In this document: piece by piece, positions 27,461 through 40,955 of the stretch
Layout of the letters: every line of letters begins with the position of its first letter
How positions within the stretch are numbered: position 1 is the first letter of the stretch
DNA from: Octopus vulgaris
Taxonomy: Eukaryota
DNA length: 64,000 nucleotides
Direction of reading: 5' to 3'
NCBI GenBank assembly: GCA_951406725.2
Contig: OX597817.1
Span: 60,264,001-60,328,000, forward strand
The notes under the pieces: model-generated
Seen by the model: the letters and a program-made list of their open reading frames with translations, nothing else
What the model was told of the DNA's origin: nothing
Databases searched by the model: none
Program-made: the position numbers and the translations under genes

Positions 27461-27985
27461 TTCAATATTTACACACGGTTTTATAGGGAAATATGAATTA
27501 AAGGAACAATGAAATGAAGGGGCAAGTCATTGAAGAGGTCGTGAATGGTGACGAAAGGACTTTTTTTTTTATAAAAATAACTGATTGATTAAAACAAAAT
27601 GATTATTCAAACAATTTAATTGTTAACTAGTTAAATAGTCGACCAATCGACGAATAATAAAAAAATAGAACCAGTGAAACAATAGAGTCAGTGAAATATT
27701 ATGAATATAAACTGGTGCCTCGATCGTCGTTTTCCATAGGGATTTGATAAAAAGACAGTGATAAACGAATCATCTCTATGCATTTTTTAAATGGAACGAA
27801 TGATGGATATTTTGACACGAAATTCGTGGCCCATAGCAGCGAAGCTTCCACCATCACGTATTTTTTTTATCTCTTCTATCCATTTCTGTAGAGAATATAC
27901 TCATTTTCGCCGTTTGTTAGGATCAGGCGCCTGTTGTTTGGTGCTCATTTGCATGTCACACTCAAATATGCACGAAAATAGATGA

Positions 27986-28075
<90 letters not shown>

Positions 28076-28167
28076 TCATACCGAAATAATACTCACATGA
28101 CTCGTTGTTACGACAGGTGTAAATGATCGAGCGTATGTGTGTATGCATATGTAATATGTACATGTTT

Positions 28168-28209
<42 letters not shown>

Positions 28210-28232
28210 GCGCATATGCATATATGTGTATA

Positions 28233-28280
<48 letters not shown>

Positions 28281-28330
28281 AAACATGTACATATGTAAAT
28301 AAGCAAGTATATCTACTTATGAATGTATAC

Positions 28331-28382
<52 letters not shown>

Positions 28383-28633
28383 GTATACTTATAAATATAT
28401 ACTTGAGTGTGTGTGTAGGGTTAGGTTGGGATGGGGGTTGAGACAGACTTGAAGTCCAATATGGCGGTATGTTAAGTTTAAAGGCAAGAATTTAATCTGG
28501 CTTAAGATAAATATGTGGTCGTGCTTCACCTGTCTTAGAAGAGATGTTGGAAAATAACAAAGCAGCACCCACCTCCCCACCCCCACAAAACATCCTCCTT
28601 CTCCTCCCTTCCAGTCAGCCCCCCCACCTCATG

Positions 28634-28686
<53 letters not shown>

Positions 28687-29193
28687 CGACTAAAAGCCTT
28701 CTCTCTGTTGTCTTCAACATATACAAAAGCCCCGTTTAAGTATGTAGAGGTGCATACACGGTTCTAAATATGATAAGTAACGAAATAAATAGACATCGGG
28801 AAACGCATAGTCATACAGGCGAGGGCCTGGCTGTGTGGTTAAGGAACTCGTTTTGCATCCTCGTGGTTTCGGGTTCAGTTTCACTTTGCGCCGTAATACA
28901 CTGGCTCTCTTCTAGTATAAACATAGGCCTACCCCAATACCTTGTGAAAGAATCTCGTCACCGGAAACTGTGTAAGCCTGTCGTATACACACACACACAC
29001 ACACACAAATATGTATTTGAACCTCTTTGTGAAAAATTACTTAATGCTATTTTTAAGTATAAAGAGGATTTAAAAAAAACCAATTATTTAAAAAAGTTAC
29101 AAAAATTTTATTAGGATGTTACTAAACTTTTTTGGGAAGAAGTTTGTTTTCTAGCGTGCAAGCGCTTTCGCTTAACTTCTTCAAACACACGTG

Positions 29194-29331
<138 letters not shown>

Positions 29332-29398
29332 ACTATGCTGGACCGCTGAAATCTATAAGTGTTTTACACTCTCTCTCTCTGTTTATTTTCTCTCATTC

Positions 29399-29434
29399 CT
29401 TTCTGTTGAAGAGCGTAGGTGCGAAACGTAAAAG
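29399..29434 (+). ncRNA. Degenerate copy of the 17350 hammerhead
   Basis: cttt CTGTTGA a gagc gtag gtgc GAAAC gta aaag. Core A6 and stem II are mutated. Confidence 0.5.
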
Positions 29435-29503
29435 TTTCATTTTCCTAATACACTTGCTTGTTGTTCATACACCTGTCTTCGTCTTTCATTTTTCTGTAAA
29501 TTT

Positions 29504-29541
<38 letters not shown>

Positions 29542-29602
29542 AAATTCTCATAGAAATCGACCCATGATATACAATGATGTCGCTATTAAAATTCATAACA
29601 GA

Positions 29603-29671
29603 GCATGCGTAAAATGTGGAATGGTATGCCTCTGAGTTGGAGGTCTAAAAAGACATGTGAAGAGGGTGCAT
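29603..29671 (+). pseudogene. Isolated C2H2 zinc-finger remnant, probably an RTE C-terminus
   Basis: Reads ACVKCGMVCL*VGGLKRHVKRVH with an in-frame stop. Confidence 0.45.
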
Positions 29672-29856
29672 ATGGTGGCACCTGCTTCTCCTGCCAGCCA
29701 GCACAGTTGTATAAGTATATAATAAAATGTGTAAAAGTTTGGCTGGGCTTAAAAATCATATAAGGGCATCACATGGCAATAATCATGAATCATTTCAGTA
29801 AGTCTTCTTGGCAATGGTTTTTCTCGTGTAACGAAGATGCAGGTGTGATATGTTGT

Positions 29857-29918
<62 letters not shown>

Positions 29919-30123
29919 ATTTATATATATGATATGCAATTTTCAAGATGGTGTAATTTAGTTGTTCATTTTGAATCGATAAAAGGTGTTTTTTTTCTAA
30001 TATTTCATGTATAAGCATGTATGTATAGTGGTATAAATATCAACACAATTTTTTCCCCTTCCTCCCTTATTTTTCTTTTCCTTTTTTTTTCTCTCTTCAC
30101 TTCTCCAAACACACAGACACCCA

Positions 30124-30165
<42 letters not shown>

Positions 30166-30514
30166 AACACACACACACGGACACACACACGGACACACAC
30201 ACGGACACACACACGGACACACACACACACCTCCACAAAACGATCATAAAAAGTGGAAAGAATTCTTAAACCCAAAAAAGCATTTGACCATTCTCACAAT
30301 GATAAAAGGAAATATAATTTATGGCTTGCCTCCCCGCCACCACACACTCAGTGACACTGTGAAGTGGTCAAAGCTGAAATTCTCTTTTTTTTTTTTCCTA
30401 AGGCCTTAGAACCCCCTTGGAGTCAATATTCTGTCCAGCAGACCCCCCAAAAAATCTTTCCTTCTTCTTCCCTCTCCCTTCCCCTCTTTCTCTTTAGCAC
30501 TCACCCCAGATACA

Positions 30515-30573
<59 letters not shown>

Positions 30574-30849
30574 ATATGTTCTCTCTCTCACTTTCTCCTC
30601 ATCCATCATCCTCCTGTACTCTCTTATATTCCTCCCCACCACTACGAAACTCTATAAAATGATCAAAATTCCCCACACAGGAACTTAGTTTGATTTGAAA
30701 ACCCCACTAGAAAGGGAGAAAGCGCTAATGGTTTAAGTGATATTTTATATATATAAAAAATGTAATATATAAATAAATATCTGTAAATATAAACTATCCG
30801 ATCTTCTGAGTACCTCATTTCTTCTAATATATATATGTGTATATATATA

Positions 30850-30899
<50 letters not shown>

Positions 30900-33018
30900 C
30901 GTGTGTGTCTGTGTGTGTTATCAGCTGTCGAATTTGATCATTTTCAAATTAAAAAAAAAAGGTTCAAAGTGGGGCAAAATGAGTAACGAGTAAGTTTGAT
31001 AATTTTTTCTCTGCATGGTGTGTAAGTGTACCAGGAAGAGAGCCACCCGAGCGAATCGCCAAGAGGACTTTTTTGTATTAAGTTTTAGATTTAGTTGAGT
31101 TTTGTTAACTTCATATCAAGCGCCATTTTTCCATGATCCTCTTTCATTTGACCGAGACACTTAACATTTTTGTTGCATTTATGATCACTCTGATGTCCAA
31201 GGATCAACATTGGTGTGTGTGAGTCCTTTTTTCAAATATAATTCTGGAGAATTGAATAGACAAATTTACATTATTTTGTCTTACTAATTTTGCCTCACCT
31301 AAAGTTGTCTCTAGAGAACGGAGATAATTTCCTGAAACAGTGTTCGGAATATGCTATAGTATTTTGAATACACTCAGAAACGGTAATTTGCAAAGAATTG
31401 AACATTTGTGGAAAGCATTTCCTTTCTCAAAACGAAAAAAAAGTCAGTAAATATTACTCATTGTGCCCCACCCCCTAACCTCTAATTCACCCAACCTCCA
31501 ATTCTTCCCCCTTCTCTCCCCATGTTCAAGAATTTATTCCAGGCTTCTCTGCAGATGACTTTGCCAACCGCTCGTCTTTGATGTAGTTGGAAAGTTCATT
31601 CGACTTGCCAAATTAGATATTTTGGCTCATTTACCACCGCAAAAAGAAAGTCTGATGTATTCATAGAATTGGACAGAGTTTTTGATTCGATCAGTATTAG
31701 AACCACACCACCAAGTTCGCCTCTCTATCACACAGACAATATTTTATTTCAATCTCTGCTCTTTCTTTCCTACAAGAAACTATGCAGCTATTTTTGTGCT
31801 TGATACTGGAAAACGCAAAGCGTACAAACTGAGTGACAGTTGAAGGTATTTTAGTGTTAAACGAAGCGTAACGCCAAAAAGCAAAGCGTCAAACTAGAAC
31901 AACAGCCTTCTTTTACGCTCACGTTCTTACATAACTGTTTGTGGGGATGGGGGTGGGGAGAGGAGGTGTCAGAGAACGGAGGCGTCAAGCCCTGGGACTT
32001 ATAAGGCCGGTCAACCGGTTTCCATGGCAACAAGTGAGCGAGATCACAACTCCCCCCCCCCCACCTGCTCCGTTGCAGGATTCAAGGTCAGCGATTTTGA
32101 GGCGAAGGGAATGTCGATTCCATTGACCCCAGAAGCTGACTGCACCGAAGCAATGAAAGGCAAAATCGACCCAAGATCGCAAAGAGCCGGAGGAAAGGCC
32201 GCTAAGCTTTTTATCCGACAAGCTAATGATTGTACAAGCGCGCCACCTTTTAGCCAGTTGCCGAAAACTATTCCTTTCCTTAAATAATTTTCCTTTCTGT
32301 TTATTTACTTTGTTACTTTGAGTTTGATAATAAAAAGTCATAAAGATTTGTCACATTGTAACGAAGTGACGAACATGCGAAAATGGATTTAAAGACGGTT
32401 TTGAGCGCTAATGGCCGATTGGACTGGAGCTAAGTCTGTTTTCTGTGAAATTTAAGCGACTGAGAATACAACCCGTCCCCCCTTTTTAAACAGAAAGGGG
32501 GTGATGCACTCTATTGCACCTCCAGCTTTGGCTATTACTTTTTTCCAAATGCGTGGAACTGAAGCAAACGTGCAGTAAAGGACCTTGCTCAAGGGTACAG
32601 CACGTTGCTCGCTCTGAGACTCGAAACCTTGACTTAACGATCATTGGTTCAACATTTAAACCACAACACCACGCGCATTCACTGTGGAAGAGTTTAATCA
32701 ATACAAGTTACTCCAGTACACAGGTGATCAGGTATGGAGTTGTCAGAGTCATAAGTGCGTCGGACAAATTGTCTTGCAGTACTTATCGCGGCTGTGTTCA
32801 AATTAGGCAGAGGTCGACATGCCTTTCGTCTCTTTGGAGATAATAATATAAGTAGCAGCTGAGCTCTTGGGGGGACGGGATAATCGACTAGGCCCCTCAA
32901 AATTACCGGTTTTGCACCAAAATTAAAACAATTTTAGAAAGAATTTATAGCTATTGTGTTATGTGGGGGAAGCATTGATTTTTTTGTAAGAAATATCATT
33001 TCGAGTGATTTGTTAAAA

Positions 33019-33219
33019 CAGTGGTTTTCAACCAGGGTTCCGCCAGTACAGTCCAGGGGTTCCGCAAGAAGTTACAAAACTGCTAAAATCGACAGTAATT
33101 TTTAAGACTCCTGTGCAGATATGTGTGCATAAGACTATTAAATTATTGCACAGGGGTTCCTCGAGCCAGTGGAATGTTTCATTGGGGTTCCGCTCCAGCA
33201 AAATGTTTGAAAAGCACTG
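33019..33219. mobile_element. hAT (Charlie-like) MITE, 201 bp
   Basis: TIRs cagtggttttcaa / ttgaaaagcactg, perfect 8-bp TSD tgttaaaa (33011-33018 and 33220-33227), and internal ggggttcc repeats. Confidence 0.9.
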
Positions 33220-33511
33220 TGTTAAAAGTACAAAGGAGAGATAATCTGGTGTTCTGTGGTGCATTTGGTTCATGAAAGAATTGGTTATATAAAGGTGAAA
33301 CTGTATAAATCTCGTTGAGATCATGTGATCATGTGATCATGAAGATCACCAGATATATTCCTCTTTGTGTTCAAACTGATTTTTTTTTACTGGTAAGTGG
33401 GTGGGTAGGGGTCGACGTAATCGACTTCCCTTCCCCTTTCATCTTTTCGGGTTCTATTTAAAAACATCCCCCAGCTTCCTTCTCTCTCTCTCACACACGC
33501 TTACACACACG

Positions 33512-33548
<37 letters not shown>

Positions 33549-34064
33549 ACACACACACACTATCTCTTTCCTTCACAAACTCACTCTGGATTGCACTTAT
33601 AATTCAAATATTCAGCTTCTTGACATCGTGTCGCACCGATTGCACATCAGAGTTACGTTAAGAGTGCGCTTATTTATGCGTCAATTTCGCAAGTCGAAAC
33701 CGACAGAGAAACCACCACCTTTGTATAACTGACAATTACCCGGTGCGGCGCTTTACTATTTCTGTCAACTCGCTAATTTACAATAATCGCAACAACAGGA
33801 TAATGAGTTCAGGAGGTGTAATAGGTTTAATTCAAGAACTAAGGCGTGTGGGGGACGTCTTAGGTTCTCGGTTTTCTTTTGAACTTTCGATTGCTTATTA
33901 GCAGACCAATTATTAAAATATTATCATATTTTTGTCATGTTTAATTATATCTGGTTCCTTGTGTGAATATTGGTGGTTAGTCAAGATGCCAATGTTTCAC
34001 ATAAGTTTTGAATTTGTGATTTCATAAGACAGGTGGCGCTTCGCCCACTACGCCATACGCCCAC

Positions 34065-34590
<526 letters not shown>

Positions 34591-34881
34591 CCTTCATTGG
34601 AGGTGGATTGTCGATGTAAGGACGGGAATTTGAGAGAGAAGAAGGCAATGCTGTGTAGAAATATGCTTAGTGTAAGGGGTCTAGGGGATGATATTTAAGG
34701 GTGAGTGTAGAAGATGGAGAAGAAGACGTGGGTGTCGCTAGTGTATAAATAAGAATATTAAGAGGAGCAGAGAACGTTGGAGAAGTTCTAGAAAAAATGG
34801 TAAGAAAGGATACAGGTGGGAAAAGAGGTGGAGTGTCGTTGAAATGTGTTGGCGAATATGTTTGTCAAACAGATAACATTT

Positions 34882-34970
<89 letters not shown>

Positions 34971-36005
34971 GAGTGAGAGAGCAGTGCATGCCATCAAAGT
35001 GACACTGGGGTAAAATATACGAAGCCCAGTATACCCATCATGACTACCCGTCTGATAAGGGTACACCAGGCACATGCATCACAGCCATATGTGCGCGACA
35101 TGATCTCATATCAAGATAACCAGCACATGACCTTGCAGGTGGGGCCCAGTTAGAATTTTCTTCTGGTCGAGTAGCCCATCCCACTCAAAAGGTCCCTGAA
35201 TAAAGGTTGTTTAAGGATGGTGAACGAAACACCCATGTTCCCAGAGGTGAATTATTCAAACCCCAAAGAATCCCTCTCAACACATGGCTATGATGCTCCC
35301 CCACTACTTCTACTCATGATCAGAGATACACAATCGTCAGCCACTAAGGGACATACTCAACTGGTTAAGGTCAAACAACTGACAAGCAAATCTGTGGTAC
35401 TGAGCAGAATATTTGCTGTAGCCCATCTTTTATACCAAGACAAAACAATGTACATGATAACACTTCCAATCAGTTAAGATCAGAAGCCACAAGGATCCCT
35501 GCCTGGTACTGCATCAGGGCATTTATTATTATTATTGAGTGAGCAAGCAGAGCATGCCATCAAAGTGACACTGGGGTAAAATATACGAAGCCCAGTATAC
35601 CCATCATGACTACCCGTCTGATAAGGGTACACCAGGCACATGCATCACAACCATATGTGCGCGACATGGTGATCTCATATCAAGATAAACAGCACATGAC
35701 CTTGCAGGTGGAGCCCAGTTAGAATTTTCTTCAGATCGAGTAGCCCATCCCGCTCAAAAGGTCCCTGAATAAGGGTTGTTTAAGGACGTTGAACGAAACA
35801 CCCATGTTTCCAGAGGTGAATTATTCAAACCCCAAAGAATCCTTCTCAACACATGGCTATGATGCTCCCCCACTACTTCTGCTCGTGATCAGAGATGCAC
35901 ATATCGTCAGCTACTAAGGGACATGCTCAACTGGTTAAGGTCAAACAACTGACAAGCAAATCTGTGGTATTGAGCAGAATATTTGCTGTAGCCCATCTTT
36001 TATAC

Positions 36006-36006
<1 letters not shown>
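34971..36006 (-). mobile_element. Two tandem copies (34971-35520 and 35537-36006) of a ~550-bp non-coding element inserted in (TAA)n
   Basis: Highly similar direct repeats, each bounded by (TAT/TAA)n. The second copy lacks ~85 nt at one end. Confidence 0.85.
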
Positions 36007-36095
<89 letters not shown>

Positions 36096-36540
36096 CATCA
36101 TCATTATTATTGTTGTTGTTGTTGTTGTTGTTGTTTTCAACGTGACGATCTGGCAGAAACGTTAGTGCCATCGCTTTTCACTCTTGTCTCGCTTCCTAGG
36201 ATTTATAGGGCGGGGTACTTGGTCCCTGTGTAGTATTAAGTGACCGAGATTATAACATCTCCTCTACACAGGATGCCACACCGTTTCGGGGTCATTCATT
36301 TTCAGCTGGAGCAAAGTGAAATGAAGTGACTTGCTGAAGAGCACAATGCACCGCCCAGTTAAGGAATCGAAACCACGATCTTGCGACCTTGAGTGTATCA
36401 CTCCAACCACCAGGCCACGCACCTTCATGTTCATCATTAAGAGTTTGAACAAATAAAGTACCAATGAAATTCTGGGGTCGATGTAATCGGCTGCCCCTCC
36501 CCCCAGATCGCAGTCCTTGCACCAAAATTTGCAACAATTA

Positions 36541-36635
<95 letters not shown>

Positions 36636-37104
36636 TTGGATGTGGTCTAGAACTTGCGAATACAGATAACAGATTGTATAAGATGTGATGCTCACACACA
36701 ACCATCTGTTTTGGATTTCTCTGGTCTAAATTCGTCTGTGACAGATGGTGAATTTATTTGGTTTTTGAAGGTTAGACTATGCGAAGAATAACAATAGTAT
36801 CAAAGACAATGGGTCTCACATTTTCATGACATTTAACAACAGCGAAATATGTGTTACATGGTAAACATTTTCTTGTTCAAGAGAAAAGGTGAAACGGGTG
36901 CAGATGATAAACACTGAGGTTGCTGGGGTTCTCTTCAGTTAATTTCAGTCCCATGAGTTTTCTTGAGGTGGAATCCTCAAAGAAATCGCATCATCCTTGA
37001 CCTTTTCGTCATTTCGCCAGTATCAACAACGATAAACACCTCCTCCGACCCACCACATCTCTCTCTCTCTCTCCCCCTCCACCTTTCTTCATAGTCATAC
37101 ATAT

Positions 37105-37302
37105 AAAATTCGTTAGTATTCTGCATAAAATGTTTAACAGCATTTCTTCCGGCTTTACGTTCTGAGTTCAAATTCCGCCGAGGCCGAATTTGCCTTTCAC
37201 CCTTTCGGGGTCGATAAAATAAGTACCAGTTGAGCACTCGACGTAATCGTCTAGCCCCTCCGCCTAAATTTCAGGCCTTGTGCCTATAATAGAAAGAATT
37301 AT
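37105..37302 (+). mobile_element. SINE family A
   Basis: acgttctgagttcaaattccgccgagg...aagtaccagttgagcact...ggccttgtgcctataatagaaagaatt. Confidence 0.85.
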
Positions 37303-37329
37303 AAGGCAACTCAAGATATATATAAATAT

Positions 37330-37387
<58 letters not shown>

Positions 37388-37389
37388 CC

Positions 37390-39060
37390 AGTTAATAAGA
37401 AACACATCAGAAAAAGTACACTGTAACAAAGAGAGCAGCAATTATTACAACAAAATTTTATGTAGAGTTAGCCAAGGTTTCGCGTCCACAAAGCCTAAGC
37501 GTTGTGGACAGCTCGTCAGACGTTATATGAATACAAAATTTGAAAATATCTACGTCACAGACGTGAGGAAACGCTCAGAACTCGAGGAATACGAACAATC
37601 ATTAATGAGTACGGGTTATTTCCCCCTAATCCGAGGGGGAAAAAGAAGTTTATATACTCGGAGAGGCCTAGCGAGCAAACGGGGAGATCCAATTTTCTAG
37701 GAAGTAGCGCTTGAAGTGATACACTTAGAAAACACTTCTTTATGGCCTTTAATGCACCACACTTCTTAAAGTCTCTAAGAATTTTGATTCTCTCCGCGAT
37801 GCAGATCTTGCAACGGTCACTTCCATTAATATAAGGGCCCGGAAAATCAATTGATTTCTACCTGATATCACATGAAGGTCCCTTGATCTTCGAGGTGTCA
37901 TACATGGCGGGCCAGGGACGTGACAAACCGTCTTTCTGGGACTCTGAAGGATGACTGGTGGTTAAGAAAACGTGTCTTGAACGAAGTACTCGCCAAACCA
38001 ATATATTTATAAACATGAGATGTTTATTTGCACTCTTATTTGCACTATTCGCACTCCTGGTAACGTATGGCGCAGGGCTGGTCATCCCATTGGTGTCGAA
38101 GATGAATGTTTGGTCCTCATCTGAGTTGGGGGATCTGGGAAAGGCAGATAACTCCTCCAAGTCGTTGGTTCAGGTGCAACTTTTTTTTACTGGTCACTCT
38201 ATCTGCATCTATGGTTTGTTCTTTATCTGTGACAGTGGCACCGGGGTCTTCGGTGACGCTCTCTGTGATGCTGGTCCCGGCTTGGTTATTATCTCAAGAT
38301 TCCCATTGAGAACCACAGTAGATTTTTTAGATGTTACTTTAGATCTGAGCTCTGGTACAAGCCAAATGAGACACTGCCTTATATTAGCACAGCCTCCTGC
38401 CACCTATGCTCGAGCCAAGATATCTTCGCTACCGCTGCCCGCTACTACAATAAGGCACTGGCATCGAGTGGGTTTAAGGACCGTATTTCTTACATGCATG
38501 GCCCTAGTACCTGCAAAAGGAAGTGTTGCAGAAATGTCGTTTGGTTTGCTCCACCCTTCTCACTCAACGTCAAGACTTGTGTGGGAAAGATTTTCCTTAG
38601 ATTGATAGACAAATAGGTTACACACACACATAGATTCAGGCATTTGTTTAACAATCACAAGCTGAGAGTCTCCTTTAGTTGTGCACCTAACATAACAAAC
38701 ATTTTATGAAATACCCACAATACAAGGAGGAGGCATGTTGCTCTTGCGGGGCATATATTAACTGTCCAGTAGGAGGCCGATGCGAGGCTGAAGAGGTCAC
38801 ATACAAGGCTACGGTGACACCTAGACCTAATATCCATAATAACAGTGATGTAATATCGAACAGCAGTATTATTAGCAGATTAACCAGGTCTCACTCTATT
38901 ACAGTTGCCACGCCCAGAGATAATAGCCAAGCTGGGATCAGCATCACAGACAGCGTCATCGAAAACCCCGGCACCACCGTCACGGATAATGAACAAACCA
39001 TAGATGCAGATAGAGTGACCAGTGCAAACGCTGCGCCTGGAAATAATGAATATATGATTC
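37390..39060. mobile_element. Penelope-like element with inverted 5' part: GIY-YIG C-terminus and pLTR on - (37390-38295), RT end and linker on + (38296-39060)
   Basis: Plus strand: VDFLDVTLDLSSG, RNVVWFAPPFS.NVKT.VGK.FL.LIDK, LRVSFSCAPN, CSC..YINCPVGGRCEAEEVTYKATV. Minus strand: YIGLASTSFKTRFLNHQSSF and PYINGSDRCKICIAERIKIL. Confidence 0.85.
37465..37525 (-). ncRNA. Degenerate hammerhead in the PLE terminal repeat
   Basis: CUGACGA-gc-t-gtccacaa...ttgtggac-gc-GAAAC has a strong stem II, but stems I and III are imperfect. Confidence 0.55.
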
Positions 39061-39069
39061 CTTCACACT

Positions 39070-39760
39070 CCACCCGATCTGATCAACCATTGCTCCAAAG
39101 AATAGCTGCTATGTTTCATTGTTGGTGGCAATCTTTTCACAACAAATTCCTGATCTCAAAGTCTCCAGACCCACACTCGACCACTCTCAGGAAATAAATC
39201 TGGACTCATCACAGAATATGACAGTGTCCCAAAATGCTAGTGGCCACTCCAGCATCTCACTGGCCCAATGTTTTCTCCGCTTGATGTCGACTGGTCGAAG
39301 AGGTGGCTTCCTTCTTGCTGCTATGCCATAGTAACCAAGTTTGTGGAGATACCTGACAGCTGTTCTGGGACTGGCATCAACGTGTTCTGCTATGTCAGAG
39401 GCCTAGCAACGAGGATTATCCTCCACACTTCTCTTAGCTAATATAAGGGTCCTGTCAGAGGGCCTTGGTTAATCTGGGTGATGTTGACTCCTTCCCCACT
39501 CTATTAACTGTAGAAAGCGGGATCCCAAGGTTTTCTGCAATTTTACACTATGTCCACCTTCAGAATGACCCACAATACGGCCTCTTTGAAATTCAGACAG
39601 TTCCAAGGCCTCTTTTGTACATGGCAACATTAAACAGTCACATATGGAACCTGAAACATAAAAATGTCAATTAATAAAAAATATATAAACCATTACAAGT
39701 TTGAATAAACAGAAAACGATATTATATGGAATGTCTATTTACTTTTGCCATGTGTGTGTA
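39070..39760 (-). mobile_element. Tc1-family transposon 5' part (transposase pseudogene plus TIR)
   Basis: Minus strand reads LSEFQRGRIVG, IAENLGIPLSTVNR and YLHKLGYYGIAARRKP...WDTVIFCDESRF. Terminus is cacatggcaaaagtaaatag. Confidence 0.85.
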
Positions 39761-39793
39761 TGTGTGTATACTATACGCACGCACACACACACA

Positions 39794-39931
39794 CACGTTT
39801 TATGTTTATTCAAATTTGTAAAGGCAATTCCACTCACAAGGTTTTGGTCGACCCGAAGACACTCCCTAAGGTGGGACGCAGTGGGAGTGAACTTAGAACC
39901 ATGCGGCTGGGAAGCAAAAACATCTACACCT

Positions 39932-39992
<61 letters not shown>

Positions 39993-40454
39993 AATTAACT
40001 ATCGATTTCGACCTCGGATCGTTGATTTGTGAAATGAACTGAAATAACGCCTCCTAGAACTGGCGTGCGTAATGGCTGAGTATATCACAGAGGCACATGG
40101 GCATTTAACGTAGTTACCAAGCAGAATCAGCGTGACGCGGTGTGTGACAAAGCTCAGCCTTTGAATTACGAGTAAATTTGTTCCGACCAGGGAGGGGGCT
40201 TCTACACAATTTCCGCTCGCCTAATTTCATTCACGGGACTTAGAGGTTTGGATCCTGCCGAAGCCATGGTAAAGATACTTGCCTAAGATGCTTCGCAGTT
40301 GGCACGAACCTAGGATGTCATGGTCACAATACGGAATACTCAGCCATGCCAACATCGACTTATATAAGTGTGTGAGTGTTTTGGTTGCTTGGTTGGTGTG
40401 TATAAAGGCATTTCGTGTTTATATTGCGGGTTTGTGGGTCTGTACCTTCTCACC

Positions 40455-40490
<36 letters not shown>

Positions 40491-40592
40491 GCCTTTGAAT
40501 TACGAGTAAATTTGTTCAGACCAGGGAGGGGATGCTTCTACCATCAGTTTCACCTCACCCATACTTTCATTCACGGGACTTAGATAGTTAAT

Positions 40593-40633
<41 letters not shown>

Positions 40634-40834
40634 AGGTGTAGAACCGTTTTGCTTCCCAGCCGCATGGTTCTAAGTTCACCCAGTCCACTAAATTCGACAT
40701 GCGTCCCACCTTAGGCAAACTGTCTTCGGGTCGACCAAAACCTTGTGAGTGGAAATGATGGACGGAAAGAAGGCCGTCGTTTATATATATATATAAATAT
40801 AAACCTTTACAAATTTGAATAAACATAAAACGTG
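39794..40834. repeat. Complex local inverted and direct duplication involving SINE B heads
   Basis: 39794-40003 is inverted at 40583-40834, and 40154-40243 repeats directly at 40488-40584. Confidence 0.8.
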
Positions 40835-40882
40835 AAACTCAGAGTAACAGGTTTTGTTGAATTTTCTGCTGCTTTAAATAAA

Positions 40883-40955
<73 letters not shown>

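Noticed and set aside
31000-31720. Possible hAT transposase C-terminal relic on the minus strand
   Set aside because: Only one weak motif (AYSEHCFRKL); not supportable by eye.
35285-35350. CUGACGA on the minus strand of the TAA-associated element
   Set aside because: It is followed by GAAG rather than GAAA and has no valid NUH/stem III geometry.
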